A stretch of 64,000 nucleotides of DNA from an uncultured Gemmatimonadaceae bacterium (GTDB lineage Bacteria > Gemmatimonadota > Gemmatimonadetes > Gemmatimonadales > Gemmatimonadaceae): assembly GCA_963843845.1 (NCBI GenBank), contig CAWJMB010000002.1:992001-1056000 (forward strand), in the 5' to 3' direction. The notes beneath the pieces were generated by a model. The model was not told the origin of the DNA. It saw only the letters and a program-made list of their open reading frames with translations, and ran no database searches. Shown here piece by piece: positions 36,074 through 46,381 of the stretch. Each line of letters starts with the position of its first letter. Position 1 is the first letter of the stretch. Made by a program: the position numbers and the translations under genes.

Positions 36074-36406
36074 TCAGGCGGCGCCGGGCACCGCGATGGG
36101 CGCCGCAGCCGGCGAGACGCCCGCCACGCCAGGACGCGTCCCACCTCGCGGCCAGTATCCGCGCGACGGCTCGGCGCGGCGGACCAGCAGCTGGTCGTAG
36201 TACGCGACGACGCGGTCGCGTACGTCGTCCTGCGTGTCGTCGTCGCCGACGCGGAACGGCGCGAACCGCTGGTGCGACTCGGCCGAGACGATGAACCACC
36301 ACCACCGCTCGCTCGACGCGCGGCGGACGATGTCGACCGAGCAGGTGAACGTACGCCCGCCGTCGATGAACACGAACGGGTCGAGCTCTCTCGTCTGCTT
36401 CTCCAT
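36074..36406 (-). CDS. Hypothetical protein
   Basis: GGAG RBS; globular composition (FTCSV, WWWFIV, RFAPFR, RVVAYY); directly downstream of cspA. Confidence 0.7.
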   Translation of the reverse strand: MEKQTRELDPFVFIDGGRTFTCSVDIVRRASSERWWWFIVSAESHQRFAPFRVGDDDTQDDVRDRVVAYYDQLLVRRAEPSRGYWPRGGTRPGVAGVSPAAAPIAVPGAA

Positions 36407-36504
36407 CAGTCCTCCGGGACGAAAGAGCCGGTGTGGCGACGTACGAGGACGCGCCACACCGGCTTCACGCGGACGCGACGGATGTCGCGTCCGATCGGCT
36501 ACGC

Positions 36505-36711
36505 TCAGCGCGAGACGACGTTCTCAGCGGCCGGGCCCTTCTGGCCGGGGACGACGTCGAACTCGACCTGCTCGCCTTCGGCGAGCGACTTGTAGCCCTG
36601 CTTCTGAATCGCCGAGTGGTGCACGAAGCAGTCTTTCGACCCGTCGTCAGGGCTGATGAATCCGAAGCCCTTCGCGTCGTTGAACCACTTCACTTTTCCG
36701 GTCGTACGCAT
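36505..36711 (-). CDS. cspA: Cold-shock protein
   Basis: [15 protein letters not shown] (RNP1), CFVHHSAI (RNP2), [16 protein letters not shown]. Confidence 0.95.
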   Translation of the reverse strand: MRTTGKVKWFNDAKGFGFISPDDGSKDCFVHHSAIQKQGYKSLAEGEQVEFDVVPGQKGPAAENVVSR

Positions 36712-36760
36712 GGAACCTACTCCTGCACGTGTAGTTGAAGTGCGACGGCGCACCGCGGCG

Positions 36761-36802
36761 TGGACAAAAAAGAGGCCCCGCGAGAGCGATGGCCTCTGTC
36801 CA
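36761..36802 (-). terminator. Intrinsic-terminator-like hairpin in the cspA leader / after tolC
   Basis: Minus strand: gaggcc-loop-ggcctc followed by TTTTTT, nested in an outer tggaca/tgtcca pairing. Confidence 0.6.
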
Positions 36803-36840
36803 TTGGCGGTGTATGCGCGGCGCGCATGTGTCGCACCTGC

Positions 36841-36869
36841 ATCTTAACGGATCGCGCTCGCTCGTGCAA
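36841..36869 (-). promoter_or_regulatory. Predicted sigma70 promoter of cspA, overlapping the tolC stop codon
   Basis: Minus strand TTGCAC-N17-TAAGAT. Confidence 0.6.
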
Positions 36870-38319
36870 TACGCTCCGACAGATCGCCGACCGCGACGCC
36901 GAGCGCGGCGCGCGTGCCGATGTACTTCGCCTCGAGCTCGGCGAGCTTCTGGCGCGCCTCGAGCACGGCGCGCTCGCGCAGGTTGACGACGAGCAGCGAG
37001 CTCTCGCCCTGCTCGAAGCGCCGCTGCTCTCCTCGCAGCAGCTGCGACGCCTGCGACACGGCGAGGCGCTGCACGTCGAGCACCGCGACGAGCGTCGACA
37101 GCTCGTTCACCGTCGCGCGCACGTCGAGCTCGACGTCGCGGCGGGCGCGCGCGACGTCGAGCTCCTGCGCCTCGAGCTTCGCGTCCGCCTGCCGCAGCTT
37201 GCCGCGCTCTTTCATGAACAGCAGCGGCGACTTGAACGACCCGCCGAGCGCGTAGCTCTGCCCGCCGGGGCTGGCCAGCGCCCCGACGTCGCGCTGCGGG
37301 GCGATCGAGTTCAGCGTCACCTCGGCGAACGGAATCACTCCCTGCCGCGCGAACGTGCGGCCGGCGGCGGCGCCCTCTTCCTTCGCCTCCGCCTTCACGA
37401 CGTCGGGGTGGCGCTCGACGGCCGCGCGCAGCCACGCCGGCAGCGCCGCGGAGTCGAGCGGCGCCGGCTCGAGTCCGGCCGCGGTCGGCGCCGCGTCGGG
37501 GGGCAGCGCGATCGGCGACGCACGCTCGTCCCACAGATAGGCGCTCACGCCCAACGCGGTCGCGTAGCGTGCGCGCTCGGCCTCGTAGCGCGCGACGAGG
37601 CGGCGCTGCACCTCGAGCCGCGCTTCCACCGTGTCGATCGGCGCGGCCTCGCCGCGCGCGACGCGCGCCCGCACCGCGACGAGCCGGAACTCGGCGAGCT
37701 GGACGCCTTCCTGCGCCACGGCGAGCACGCGCGAGGCTTCGTACCACGCCGCGTAGTCCTTCGCCGCCGAGAGGAGGAGCTTGTTCAGCGAGGCGCGCTG
37801 CTCGCCGTCGGCGACCGACGCCTGCGCGCGGGCGATCGCGAGGGCGTTGCGTCGCTCGTCGGTCAGCACGCGCTGGCCCAGCGGGACGCCGAGCCCGAGC
37901 TTGAAGATGCCCGCGCGCGGCGTGTAGCGGTCCGCCGCGATGCGCGGCCCGCTGGCGCGCTCGTACGCGAGCTTCACGTCCGATCCGACGACGGGGAGCG
38001 GGACTTTCGCTTCGGCCGTCAGATAGTTGAAGTACGTCGAGCCGAGGAACGCCTTCTGGTCGAGCGACGCGCTGAGCGTCGGGTCGAACGCGCCACGCGC
38101 CTCGAGCACCGCGCCGCGCGCCTGCTCGGCGCCGAGCCGCGCCTGACGCGCCGCGGGGTGCGTGGCGAGCACCCGCGCGGCGAACTCGGCGAACGGCAGC
38201 GGGCGTCCCGAGTCGGGGAGGGCGGGGGTGTCTGAAACCTGCGCGCCCGACGATCGGGCACCGACCGACGCCGCACATGCCGCGACCATCACACGCGCCG
38301 CGATCCGACGGCTCCGCAT
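36844..38319 (-). CDS. TolC family outer-membrane efflux/secretion protein
   Basis: Signal peptide; VLATHPAARQA, ARGAFDP, RFEQGESSLLVVNLRE. Confidence 0.88.
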   Translation of the reverse strand: MRSRRIAARVMVAACAASVGARSSGAQVSDTPALPDSGRPLPFAEFAARVLATHPAARQARLGAEQARGAVLEARGAFDPTLSASLDQKAFLGSTYFNYLTAEAKVPLPVVGSDVKLAYERASGPRIAADRYTPRAGIFKLGLGVPLGQRVLTDERRNALAIARAQASVADGEQRASLNKLLLSAAKDYAAWYEASRVLAVAQEGVQLAEFRLVAVRARVARGEAAPIDTVEARLEVQRRLVARYEAERARYATALGVSAYLWDERASPIALPPDAAPTAAGLEPAPLDSAALPAWLRAAVERHPDVVKAEAKEEGAAAGRTFARQGVIPFAEVTLNSIAPQRDVGALASPGGQSYALGGSFKSPLLFMKERGKLRQADAKLEAQELDVARARRDVELDVRATVNELSTLVAVLDVQRLAVSQASQLLRGEQRRFEQGESSLLVVNLRERAVLEARQKLAELEAKYIGTRAALGVAVGDLSERIARASAIR

Positions 38320-39664
38320 CACGCCTTCGCTCCTTTCCCGCCCGTCGCGCCCTTGCCCTCGTCGTCGAACGGCCGCGCGACCGACGGCGGGAAGCCGTTC
38401 AGCTGCCGCCAGACCTCGTACCAGACGCGCACCTCGCGCAGCATCGCCCAGCCGTAGACGCCCGAGCCGATCCGCACCTGCCGCGGCCACGCCTCGTCGG
38501 TCGAGTCGGGGGTCACGCGAGCACGCGGAAGCGGCCGTCGCGCGCCGCGACGCGGTCCACGACGGCGACGCGCCCGCCGAAGGTGCCGACGCTCACGCTC
38601 GGCCACCCGGCGAACTGCAGCGCGGGCCAGCCGTCGAACTGCAGGCGCACCTTGTCGCCGGTCCGGAGGAGCGGCACGTCCATCGCTCGCACGTACAGCT
38701 CGACCGCCTGCTCGGGCTCCGCCGGCTGCACGGTGACGATCGGGTCGCCGGCCTTCACCGTCTGGCCGAGGCCGACCTGCTGCGCCTGAACGACGTAGCC
38801 GTCCTGCGGCGCGGTGATGACGCGGAACGCGGCCCGCGCGCGGAGCGACGCGACTTTGTTGGCGAGCTTCGCGACCTCGGCGTCGCCGTCGTTCGCCTCG
38901 GCGAGCGTCTTCGCGCGGTCGGCGCGCGCCTTCACGATCTCCTTCCGATACTCCGCGGCGACGGCGCGCACGTCGATCCGTGCGTTCGCGAGGCCGGCGC
39001 GCTTGTCGGCGAGGTCGGCGAACGCCTTCTGCGCCTTGATCTGCGCCGTCTGCAAGTCGTTCGTGGACGAGAGCCCGTCGGCGGCGAGCGCCTGGCGGCG
39101 ACGAAGCTGGTCCGCGGCGACCGCGCTGTCGGCGGCCGCCGCGCGCACCTCGGCCTCGTACTGCCCGATCTTGTTCTGCGTCTGTTCGAGCTTCAGCACG
39201 AGTGCCTGCTCGAGCGCGCGCCCCTGCGCGTCGAGCGCCGAGGCGGCGCGGCGCTTGTCGGCGACCGAGGCGGTCTTCGAGGCGCGCTGCGACTCGGTGT
39301 TCGGCACGAGATCGGGGTCGAGGTAGTCGTCCTTGATCTCGGAGATGCGGGCGATCGGGTCGCCGCGGCGCACGAACTGTCCTTCGCGGACGTACCACTC
39401 CCGGATCTGCCCGTCGATCGCGCGCGGGCAGCGTCATCGGGCGGTCCTGCGGGCGCAGCGCGGTCACCGTCCCGGTTCCCTGCACGTTCTGCTGCCAGGG
39501 CAGGAAGAGCGACGCGAGGAGGACGACGCCGACCAGCGCGAGACCCAGCGGAAGAACGCGCGGTGGCCTCGCCCCGTCGCGAGCGCCGTCGGCGCGTAGA
39601 GGCGCAGCGGCCGAGCTCTCGCTCGACCGCTTCGGAGCCGAGCGGCTCGATGTCGTGAGGCCAT
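38319..39664 (-). CDS. HlyD family membrane-fusion protein (frameshifted)
   Basis: TM + LPWQQNVQGTG, long coiled coil, ITAPQDGYV, VRLQFDGWPALQFAGWPSVSVGTFGG, VWYEVWRQLNGFPP. Confidence 0.85.
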
Positions 39665-39679
39665 GGGCCGGGACGTCGG

Positions 39680-41972
39680 ATAGCGGGGGGCGGCGGGACC
39701 GCGCCCCAGGCCGCACGAGCCTGGAGGAGCGGGGTGTCGTTCGCCAGCTCTCGAAGCGGCCGTCGCGGACCACCGCCCACCGTCGAGCACGAGCACGCGG
39801 TCGCACGCCGCGAGGTAGGCCGGGTCGTGCGAGACGAGGAGCAGCGTCCACGGCGCGCGCGGGTCGGTCATGCACTCGACCAGGTGCTGGCGGCAGTCGG
39901 GCTCGACGTTCTGGTAGTAGTCGTCGACGAGCACGAGGCGCGGGCGTCCGGCGACGGCCTGGGCGACGAGCAGGCGGCGCACGACGTGCGTCGGCAGCTC
40001 GCGGCCGCCGTTGCGGACGACCGTGCGGAGGCCGCGCGGCTGCGCCTGCAGCCACTCGCTGAGCCCGACGCGTTCGGCGGCGCGGAGCACGTCGTGCGCG
40101 CACACGTCGGGGCGCCCCACGGAGACGTTCTCCTCGACGGTGCCGTCGAACAGGTCGGTGGGCGAGAGCAGCTGCCCGACCGCGCCGCGATACTCGGCGC
40201 GGTCCAGCTCGCGCAGCGGCACGCCGTTGACCGCCGCGCTCCCCTCGTATCCGTCGAGCAGGCCGCCGAGGAGCGGAGGAGCGTGGTCTGGCCGCTCCCC
40301 TCGTAGCCCGGTGATGCCGAGCCGCTCGCCGGGCGAACGCGCGCAGCGTGAGGCCGCGCGAGCGCCGAGCGGCGCGCATGGCGCGTAGCGGAGCGTCAGC
40401 GTTGCGCTCGAGCGTGAGCGCCATGCCGGGCGCCGAGGCGCGCCGAGCGGCGCCGCGGGGAGCACCGCCCGCCGGCTCGAGCGCGAGGTCGGTCACGTGC
40501 CCGAGCTTGTCGACGGCGGTCAGCACGTCGTAGACGGTGGGCGAGCGACGAGACGAGCTTCTCGATCCCCGCGAGCACGGTGACGATGACGATCTCGCTC
40601 GCGACGAACTGGCCGAGCGTGATCTGGTTGCCGTGACGAGCGCGATGCCGAGGACGAGCAGCGCCCCGACGATGAGCGTGCTTGAAAGCCGATGAGCGCG
40701 ACCGCCTGCTGCACGAGCACGCGGAAGTGCGACTTGCGGTACTTGAGGTAGCCGCCCAGCAGCTCGTCGATGCGCTCGACGGGGAGCGAGGAGCGGCCGG
40801 CGAACTTGAACGCGGTGTTCGCGCGCGCGACTTCCTCGAGCCAGTGGACGATGCGGTACTTGTACTTCGATTCCATGAGGCTCGTCGCGAGCCCCTTCGG
40901 ACCGGTGACCCAGAACAGCAGCGCGAGCAGCAGCGCGAGCGCGAGCGCCGAAGAAGGTGAAGTACGGGTGATAGAGCATGAGCAGCACGAGCCCGAACAG
41001 CACGGTGAGCAGCGCCGACGAGAAGTCGAGCAGCAGCTTCGCGAGCGACTTCTGGATCGTGACCGTCTCGAAGAAGCGGTTCATCAGCTCCGGCAGATTC
41101 TCGCGGAGCGATACGTCGAAGCGGAGGCGCGGCACGCGGAAGCTCAGGTCGAGCGCGGCGCGCGCGAAGACGCGCTGCTGGATGCTCTCGACGACCGAGA
41201 GCTGCGTCAGCTGCAACACGCCGACACCGATCGTGCCCAGCACGACGAAGGCGACGAGGAGGAACGTCGGCTGGAGCAGCATGCGTCCCGAGACGAGCTG
41301 CACGATCTGCTGGATCGAGAGCGGCAGCGCGAGCGAGAAGAGACCGGCGAGCGTCGCGTAGCCGAACACGAGCCACACGTCGCGCCGCTCGCGGACGAGC
41401 AGCGTCCACAGCCGCGCGTGCGGCGGCTCGGTGGTGTGCGCGTCGAGCGTCGTGCCGTGCGCCCGCTGCGGCGCCGCCGCGGGGTGCGTCTCGGTGCGTC
41501 GGGTCGTGAGGGCCGCGTCCGTCCGCACGCCGACGAACAGCCGTCGCTCGGCCGTGGCGAGGCCGTCGTCGGTCGGCGCGGGGCCGAGGATGGCGTCGAG
41601 ACTCGTGACGAGCGAGGCGGCGGGGACGCGCACCGGGCGCTGCTCGCCGGTAGCGTCGACGAGGTGACCGGCGACGTCCGGCCCCATGCGCCGGTCGAGC
41701 ACGACGGTGGCGGGGCGCTCGCCGGCGCGCCCGAACAGCAGGAGCGGAAACGCGTCCTCGGCGACCAGCGCCTCGAGCGCCGCGAGATCGCGCGCGAGGA
41801 GGGTGACGCCGGAGTGCCCGACGAAGGTCGCGACCTGAGCGTGCAGCTCGTCCAGCGACGACGGCGGGGCGGCGACGCGTCGAATGTCGGCCGCCCACGT
41901 CGTCGGGTCGGGGTCGATGCCGAGCGCGAGGAGCGTGAGCTGCGAGATGGCGGCGGCGTGCCGAGTCGGCAT
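39680..41972 (-). CDS. Type I secretion-like ABC transporter (N-terminal extension, TMD, degenerate NBD; frameshifted; 3' end approximate)
   Basis: [58 protein letters not shown]. Confidence 0.8.
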
Positions 41973-42025
41973 GACGTACGAACGAGGCGAGAGGCGAGCG
42001 ACGACGTACCAGCGCCGCGTCAAAT

Positions 42026-42050
42026 ACGAATATCAGTTCGCGTTATTCGT
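42026..42050. promoter_or_regulatory. Candidate operator inverted repeat in an AT-rich divergent promoter region
   Basis: ACGAATA-N11-TATTCGT between the ABC operon and the wHTH gene. Confidence 0.45.
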
Positions 42051-42093
42051 TGCGCAAGTTGTGAATCGCGTCATGCCGTGCATATTTCAGGGT

Positions 42094-42390
42094 ATGTCCA
42101 CCACCCGCTCGCCGCGCGTCGGCACGACCTGGACGTTCCTCACGAACCACGCGCACGTGCTGCTCTGTCTCGCGCGCGATCCCGAGATGCGGCTGCGCGA
42201 CGTCGCCGACGCTGTCGGCATCACCGAGCGCGCGGTGCAGCAGATCGTCGCCGATCTCGAGGCCGCGGGTGTGCTGGAACGGGAGCGGCACGGGCGCCGG
42301 AATCGGTACACCCTCCACGCCGACACTCCGCTCCGGCATTCGCTCGAAGCGCACCGCTCGGTCGGCGATCTCCTGGCCCTCGTGCCATAG
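42094..42390 (+). CDS. Winged helix-turn-helix transcriptional regulator (MarR/ArsR-like)
   Basis: [33 protein letters not shown]. Confidence 0.88.
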   Translation: MSTTRSPRVGTTWTFLTNHAHVLLCLARDPEMRLRDVADAVGITERAVQQIVADLEAAGVLERERHGRRNRYTLHADTPLRHSLEAHRSVGDLLALVP

Positions 42391-42501
42391 GCCGCCCAGC
42401 GGACGGAGCGCCGGCCGCGTATTGACGCCACGACGCGCGTCGCAAGAGTTCTGGCCCAGCTGGCGAACGTCTCACTCGGGAACGCCGACGTACCGACTTC
42501 C

Positions 42502-43773
42502 ATGACTACGACCCTCATCCGCTCCCGTCTGACCGCGGCCGCGCTCGCGACCGTGTGCGTCGCCGCGCCGCTCGCCGCGCCGTTCGCCGCGCCGCTGTCC
42601 GCGCAACCGGCCTCCCCGGCGTCCGACTCGACCGACGCGACGATCCGCGGGCTCGTCGCCCGGCTCGACCTCGACCGCTACAAGGCGACGATCAAGGGGC
42701 TGACGCAGTTCGGCGATCGGCGGCAGGGCACCGATCGCAACCGCGCCGCCGTCGACTGGATCGAGGCGCAGCTCAAGAGCTACGGCTGCACGCCGACGGC
42801 GCGCATCACGTACGACTACACGCCGCCCGCGCCCGCGCCGCGCCCCGCCGCCGCTGCGGGGGCGACCGCCGCGCCGCGTCCGCCGGCCAACCGCGACGCG
42901 GCGCCAGGGGGGCGGCCGGCTGCGCGGGAACCGTGCACGCACCGGCGTGAACACCGACTCGCTGCGCCAGCCCGACGCCGCGCTTCGCGCGCTGAACAGC
43001 CAGCCGACGACGCCGGGCGCAGCGACAGGAGGTCTACTGCACGAAGGTCGGCACGACGCACCCCGACGAGATGTACATCGTCGGCGGCCACATGGACGGC
43101 CACGGCTGGGGCGAGGCGGCGAACGACGACGGCTCGGGAACGGCGATCGTGATGGAGCTGGCGCGCATCTTCAGCAGCCCCGACGTGAAGACCGACCGCT
43201 CGATCCGCTTCGTGCTCTGGAACAACGAGGAGACGGGGCTCAACGGCGCGCGCGCCTACGTCGAGCAGCGGCAGGCGCTGCAAGGGCAAGGAGGAGCCGG
43301 CAGGCTCGGGGCAGTATCCGGAGCCCAAGTGGCTCGGCATGATCCAGCACGACATGATGATGTTCGACCACGGCATGCCGCGCGCCGACGGCACGATGAG
43401 TCCCGAAGCAGCGCCCCGAAGCCGACGTGAACATCGAGTTCCAGATCGAACTCGAAGATGGCGCTCGGCTCGCAGGCGCTCGCCTGGGCGCTCCACGCGG
43501 CGAACGAGAAGTACGCGACCGACTACCCGGCGGCGGTCGGTCCGCACATGACGAACACCGACTCGGGGCCGTTCCAGGACATCATCCCGTCGATCAGCCT
43601 GCGCGAGAACGAGCGCGGCTCGCAGATCGGCAGCCGGCTGGGATCCGCACTGGCACCAGCCGACCGACGTGTTCTCGACCTTCAGCGACAAGGACTTCCG
43701 GCTCGGCCTGAACGCGGCGCAGACGACGCTGGGCGGGCTCGCGACGCTGACCGGGGCGAAGGTCGTACGGTAG
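42502..43773 (+). CDS. M28 family peptidase (frameshifted)
   Basis: Signal peptide; GGHMDG, ANDDGSG, NEETGLNG, TDSGPF, PHWHQPTD. Confidence 0.82.
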
Positions 43774-43780
43774 GCGCGCG

Positions 43781-44614
43781 TCAGGCGCCGCCGGCCGATG
43801 CGGCGCCGCGCGCCAGTACGTCCGCCGGCGTGAGCCCGCGCGCACGCAGCTCGCGAATCGACAGCGCGTCGTGCCGCTTCGCGAGCCGCCGTCCCGCCGC
43901 GTCGCGGACGAGGGGCAGGTGACACCAGGCGGGCGGCGCGGCGCCTAACGCGTCGTAGAGCAGGAGCTGACGCGCGGTCGACTTCAGCAGGTCCTCGCCG
44001 CGCACGACCTCGGTGACATGCATCGCGATGTCGTCCGCGACGACCGCGAGCTCGTAGGCCGGCACGTCGTCCTTGCGCCACACGACGAAGTCGCCGAAGT
44101 CGACGCCCGCCGTGAACGCCTGCGGGCCGCGCGTCGCGTCGTCGAAGCGGACGACCTGGCCGTCCGGCACGCGAAAGCGCCACACGCTCCCAGCCGGCGA
44201 GTCGGCGTCGTTGCCCGTGCCCCACGGCGTGCGCAGCGCGGGCGGGAAGATCGGCTCCGCATCCTCGTCGTCGTCGTGCGGCGCGTGGGCAGCGTCGCGC
44301 ACGTCGCGCCGCGACACCGCGCTCGGGTAGACGAGGCCGGCGTCGCGCAGCCGGCGCCAGACGTGCTCGAACACCGTGCGCCGCTGCGACTGGTAGATCG
44401 GTCCCTCGGTCCATCGCACGCCGAGCCAGCGCAGGTCCTCGATCACGCGCCCGGTCCACTCGGCGCGGCACCGCAGTGGGTCGAGGTCCTCGATCCGCAA
44501 CACGAGCTCCCCGGCCGCGTCGACGGCGCGCTGGTACGCGGCGACGAACGTTCTCGCGTGACCGGCGTGCAGATCGCCGGTCGGCGTCGGGGCGATGCGC
44601 CCGCGGTACGTCAC
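43781..44614 (-). CDS. gluQ: Glutamyl-Q tRNA(Asp) synthetase
   Basis: RIAPTPTGDLHAGH (HIGH-like), LRIEDLD, VRGEDL, RLAKR; short, no anticodon domain. Confidence 0.88.
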   Translation of the reverse strand: MTYRGRIAPTPTGDLHAGHARTFVAAYQRAVDAAGELVLRIEDLDPLRCRAEWTGRVIEDLRWLGVRWTEGPIYQSQRRTVFEHVWRRLRDAGLVYPSAVSRRDVRDAAHAPHDDDEDAEPIFPPALRTPWGTGNDADSPAGSVWRFRVPDGQVVRFDDATRGPQAFTAGVDFGDFVVWRKDDVPAYELAVVADDIAMHVTEVVRGEDLLKSTARQLLLYDALGAAPPAWCHLPLVRDAAGRRLAKRHDALSIRELRARGLTPADVLARGAASAGGA

Positions 44615-44649
44615 GGCACGCGCGGCTGCCTGACGGCGGCGCGCGACGC

Positions 44650-46262
44650 TCAGGCGCGCGGCGGCGCGACGAACCGCCGCGACTGCCGCTCGTAGCCGTG
44701 CGCGAGCGCCAGCACCGTCGCGTCGTCTCCCGGCAACCCGACGATCGAGAGATTGAGCGCCGGCATCCCGTCCGCCCCGAGCCCCGCGGGCACCGAGACT
44801 TCCGGCAGCCCGAGCCAGTTGCCGTAGCCGAGCGGTGTGCGCACGTCCGGCCACGGATCGGTGGCGCGCGGCGCGTCGAACGGCATCGTCGGGTAGACCA
44901 TGGCGGTCACGCCGGCGGCGCGCATCGACGCCGCGAGCGCCGCGACGGCGTCGGCGCGCGAGCGGGCGAACGAGCGGCCCGCGGGGTCGTCCGCCATCGG
45001 TCGCTCGAGCAGCGGCGCGCACGCCTCGTACGTCTCGGGGAGCACGCTGTAGAAGGCGCGGTAGGCGGCGTAGCCGCGGCGGATCGCGTCGCGCGCCGCG
45101 GTCGCGTCGCCCGTGCGGCGCGCGAAGTAGTGCAGCAGCGCGTTCGCCGTCGGCGCCGGCGAGTTCGCGTTCAGCGCCGCCCCCCCGAGCCGGTCGAGGG
45201 CTCGCCGCGCGCACGCGCCGATTCGGCGAACCGGTCGCGGTAGTTCACGCGCGTGACCGCCGGGTCGAACGTGTCGACGGTCGCGCCGGCCGCACGCAGG
45301 TCGCCGAGCGCGCGGTCCCAGACGCTCAGCGCCTCCGGCGTCATCTGCGCGCGCGGCGCGTGACTCTCGACGACGCCCAGCCGCGCGCCGGCGAGCGCGT
45401 CGTCGCGACGCGCCGTGAGCGGACCGCCGCGCCGCGCTCCGGTCAGCGCCAGCGGGTCGCTCGCATCTGGCCCGGCGATCGCGGCGAGCAGCAGCGCCGC
45501 GTCGGCGACCGTGCGGGCGAGCGGTCCGTGCGTGTCGAGGTACGGCCACGTCGGGATCACGCCGGTGCGCGGCACGAGCCCGAACGTCGGCTTCATGCCG
45601 ACGACGCCGGTGAACTGCGCGGGGATGCGGTTGGAGCCGCCGTCATCGGTGCCTAACGCCGCGAACGCCAGGCCGCCGGCCACGGCGACGGCGGAGCCGG
45701 CGCTCGAACCGCCTGGCGTGCGCACGCCGCTCCGGTCGTACGGGTTCAGCACCTGGCCGGTGTGGCTGCTCGTGCCGTTGCCGCGGTACGCGAAGTCGTC
45801 GGCGGCGGTCTTCCCCAGTACGACCGCGCCGGCGGCGCGCAGCCGCACGATCTCGAGCGCGTCCTGCCGAACGGGCTCCGGGAAGAGCCGCGCCCACTCC
45901 GCGCTCGATCCGGTGGTCGGCAGTCCGGCCATGTCGTAGATCGACTTCGCGAACACCGGCACGCCGTCGAGCGGGCCGCGCACACGGCCAGCCGTCAGTC
46001 GCGCGTCGGCCGCGCGCGCGTCGGCGATCGCCGACTCCGACAGCGCGTCGATCGCGCGCCACCGCATCCCCTCGGCGCGGCAGCGCGCGAGCGCACGCTC
46101 CGTGACCTCGACCGCGGTCCACGCGCGACGACGGCGCCCAGCCTGGTACTCGGCGATCGTGCCGTCGAGCGGGTCGTCGACGGCGCCCGGCAGCAGACCG
46201 TCGAGCGGCAGCGCGGCGAGCGCGGCGAGCTGCGCGATCGCTTCGCGACGAGTCGGTGACAT
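44650..46262 (-). CDS. Amidase signature family protein (frameshift near 45200)
   Basis: GPLDGVPVFAK, PGGSSAGS, GTDDGGSNRIPA; TRRE N-terminus (Tat-like). Confidence 0.85.
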
Positions 46263-46297
46263 CGGTCGGAGTGTGGGAGAATCGGGCCCCTCTTTTT

Positions 46298-46379
46298 TGA
46301 CAGGAGGAACAGAAGGGCGGCAGGAACGGGAAGGCCTGCCGGAGTGCTCGTTCTGCTGTCCCTTCTGTTCCTTCTGTCA
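46298..46379. repeat. Palindromic REP-like element, copy 2
   Basis: tgacaggaggaacagaaggg (46298-46317) and cccttctgttccttctgtca (46360-46379); same arms as 14327-14405. Confidence 0.85.
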
Positions 46380-46381
46380 GA

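Noticed and set aside
38319..42023. 1234-aa ABC-HlyD fusion
   Set aside because: The frame wanders in and out of the ABC and HlyD genes because of indels; the real domains lie in different frames.
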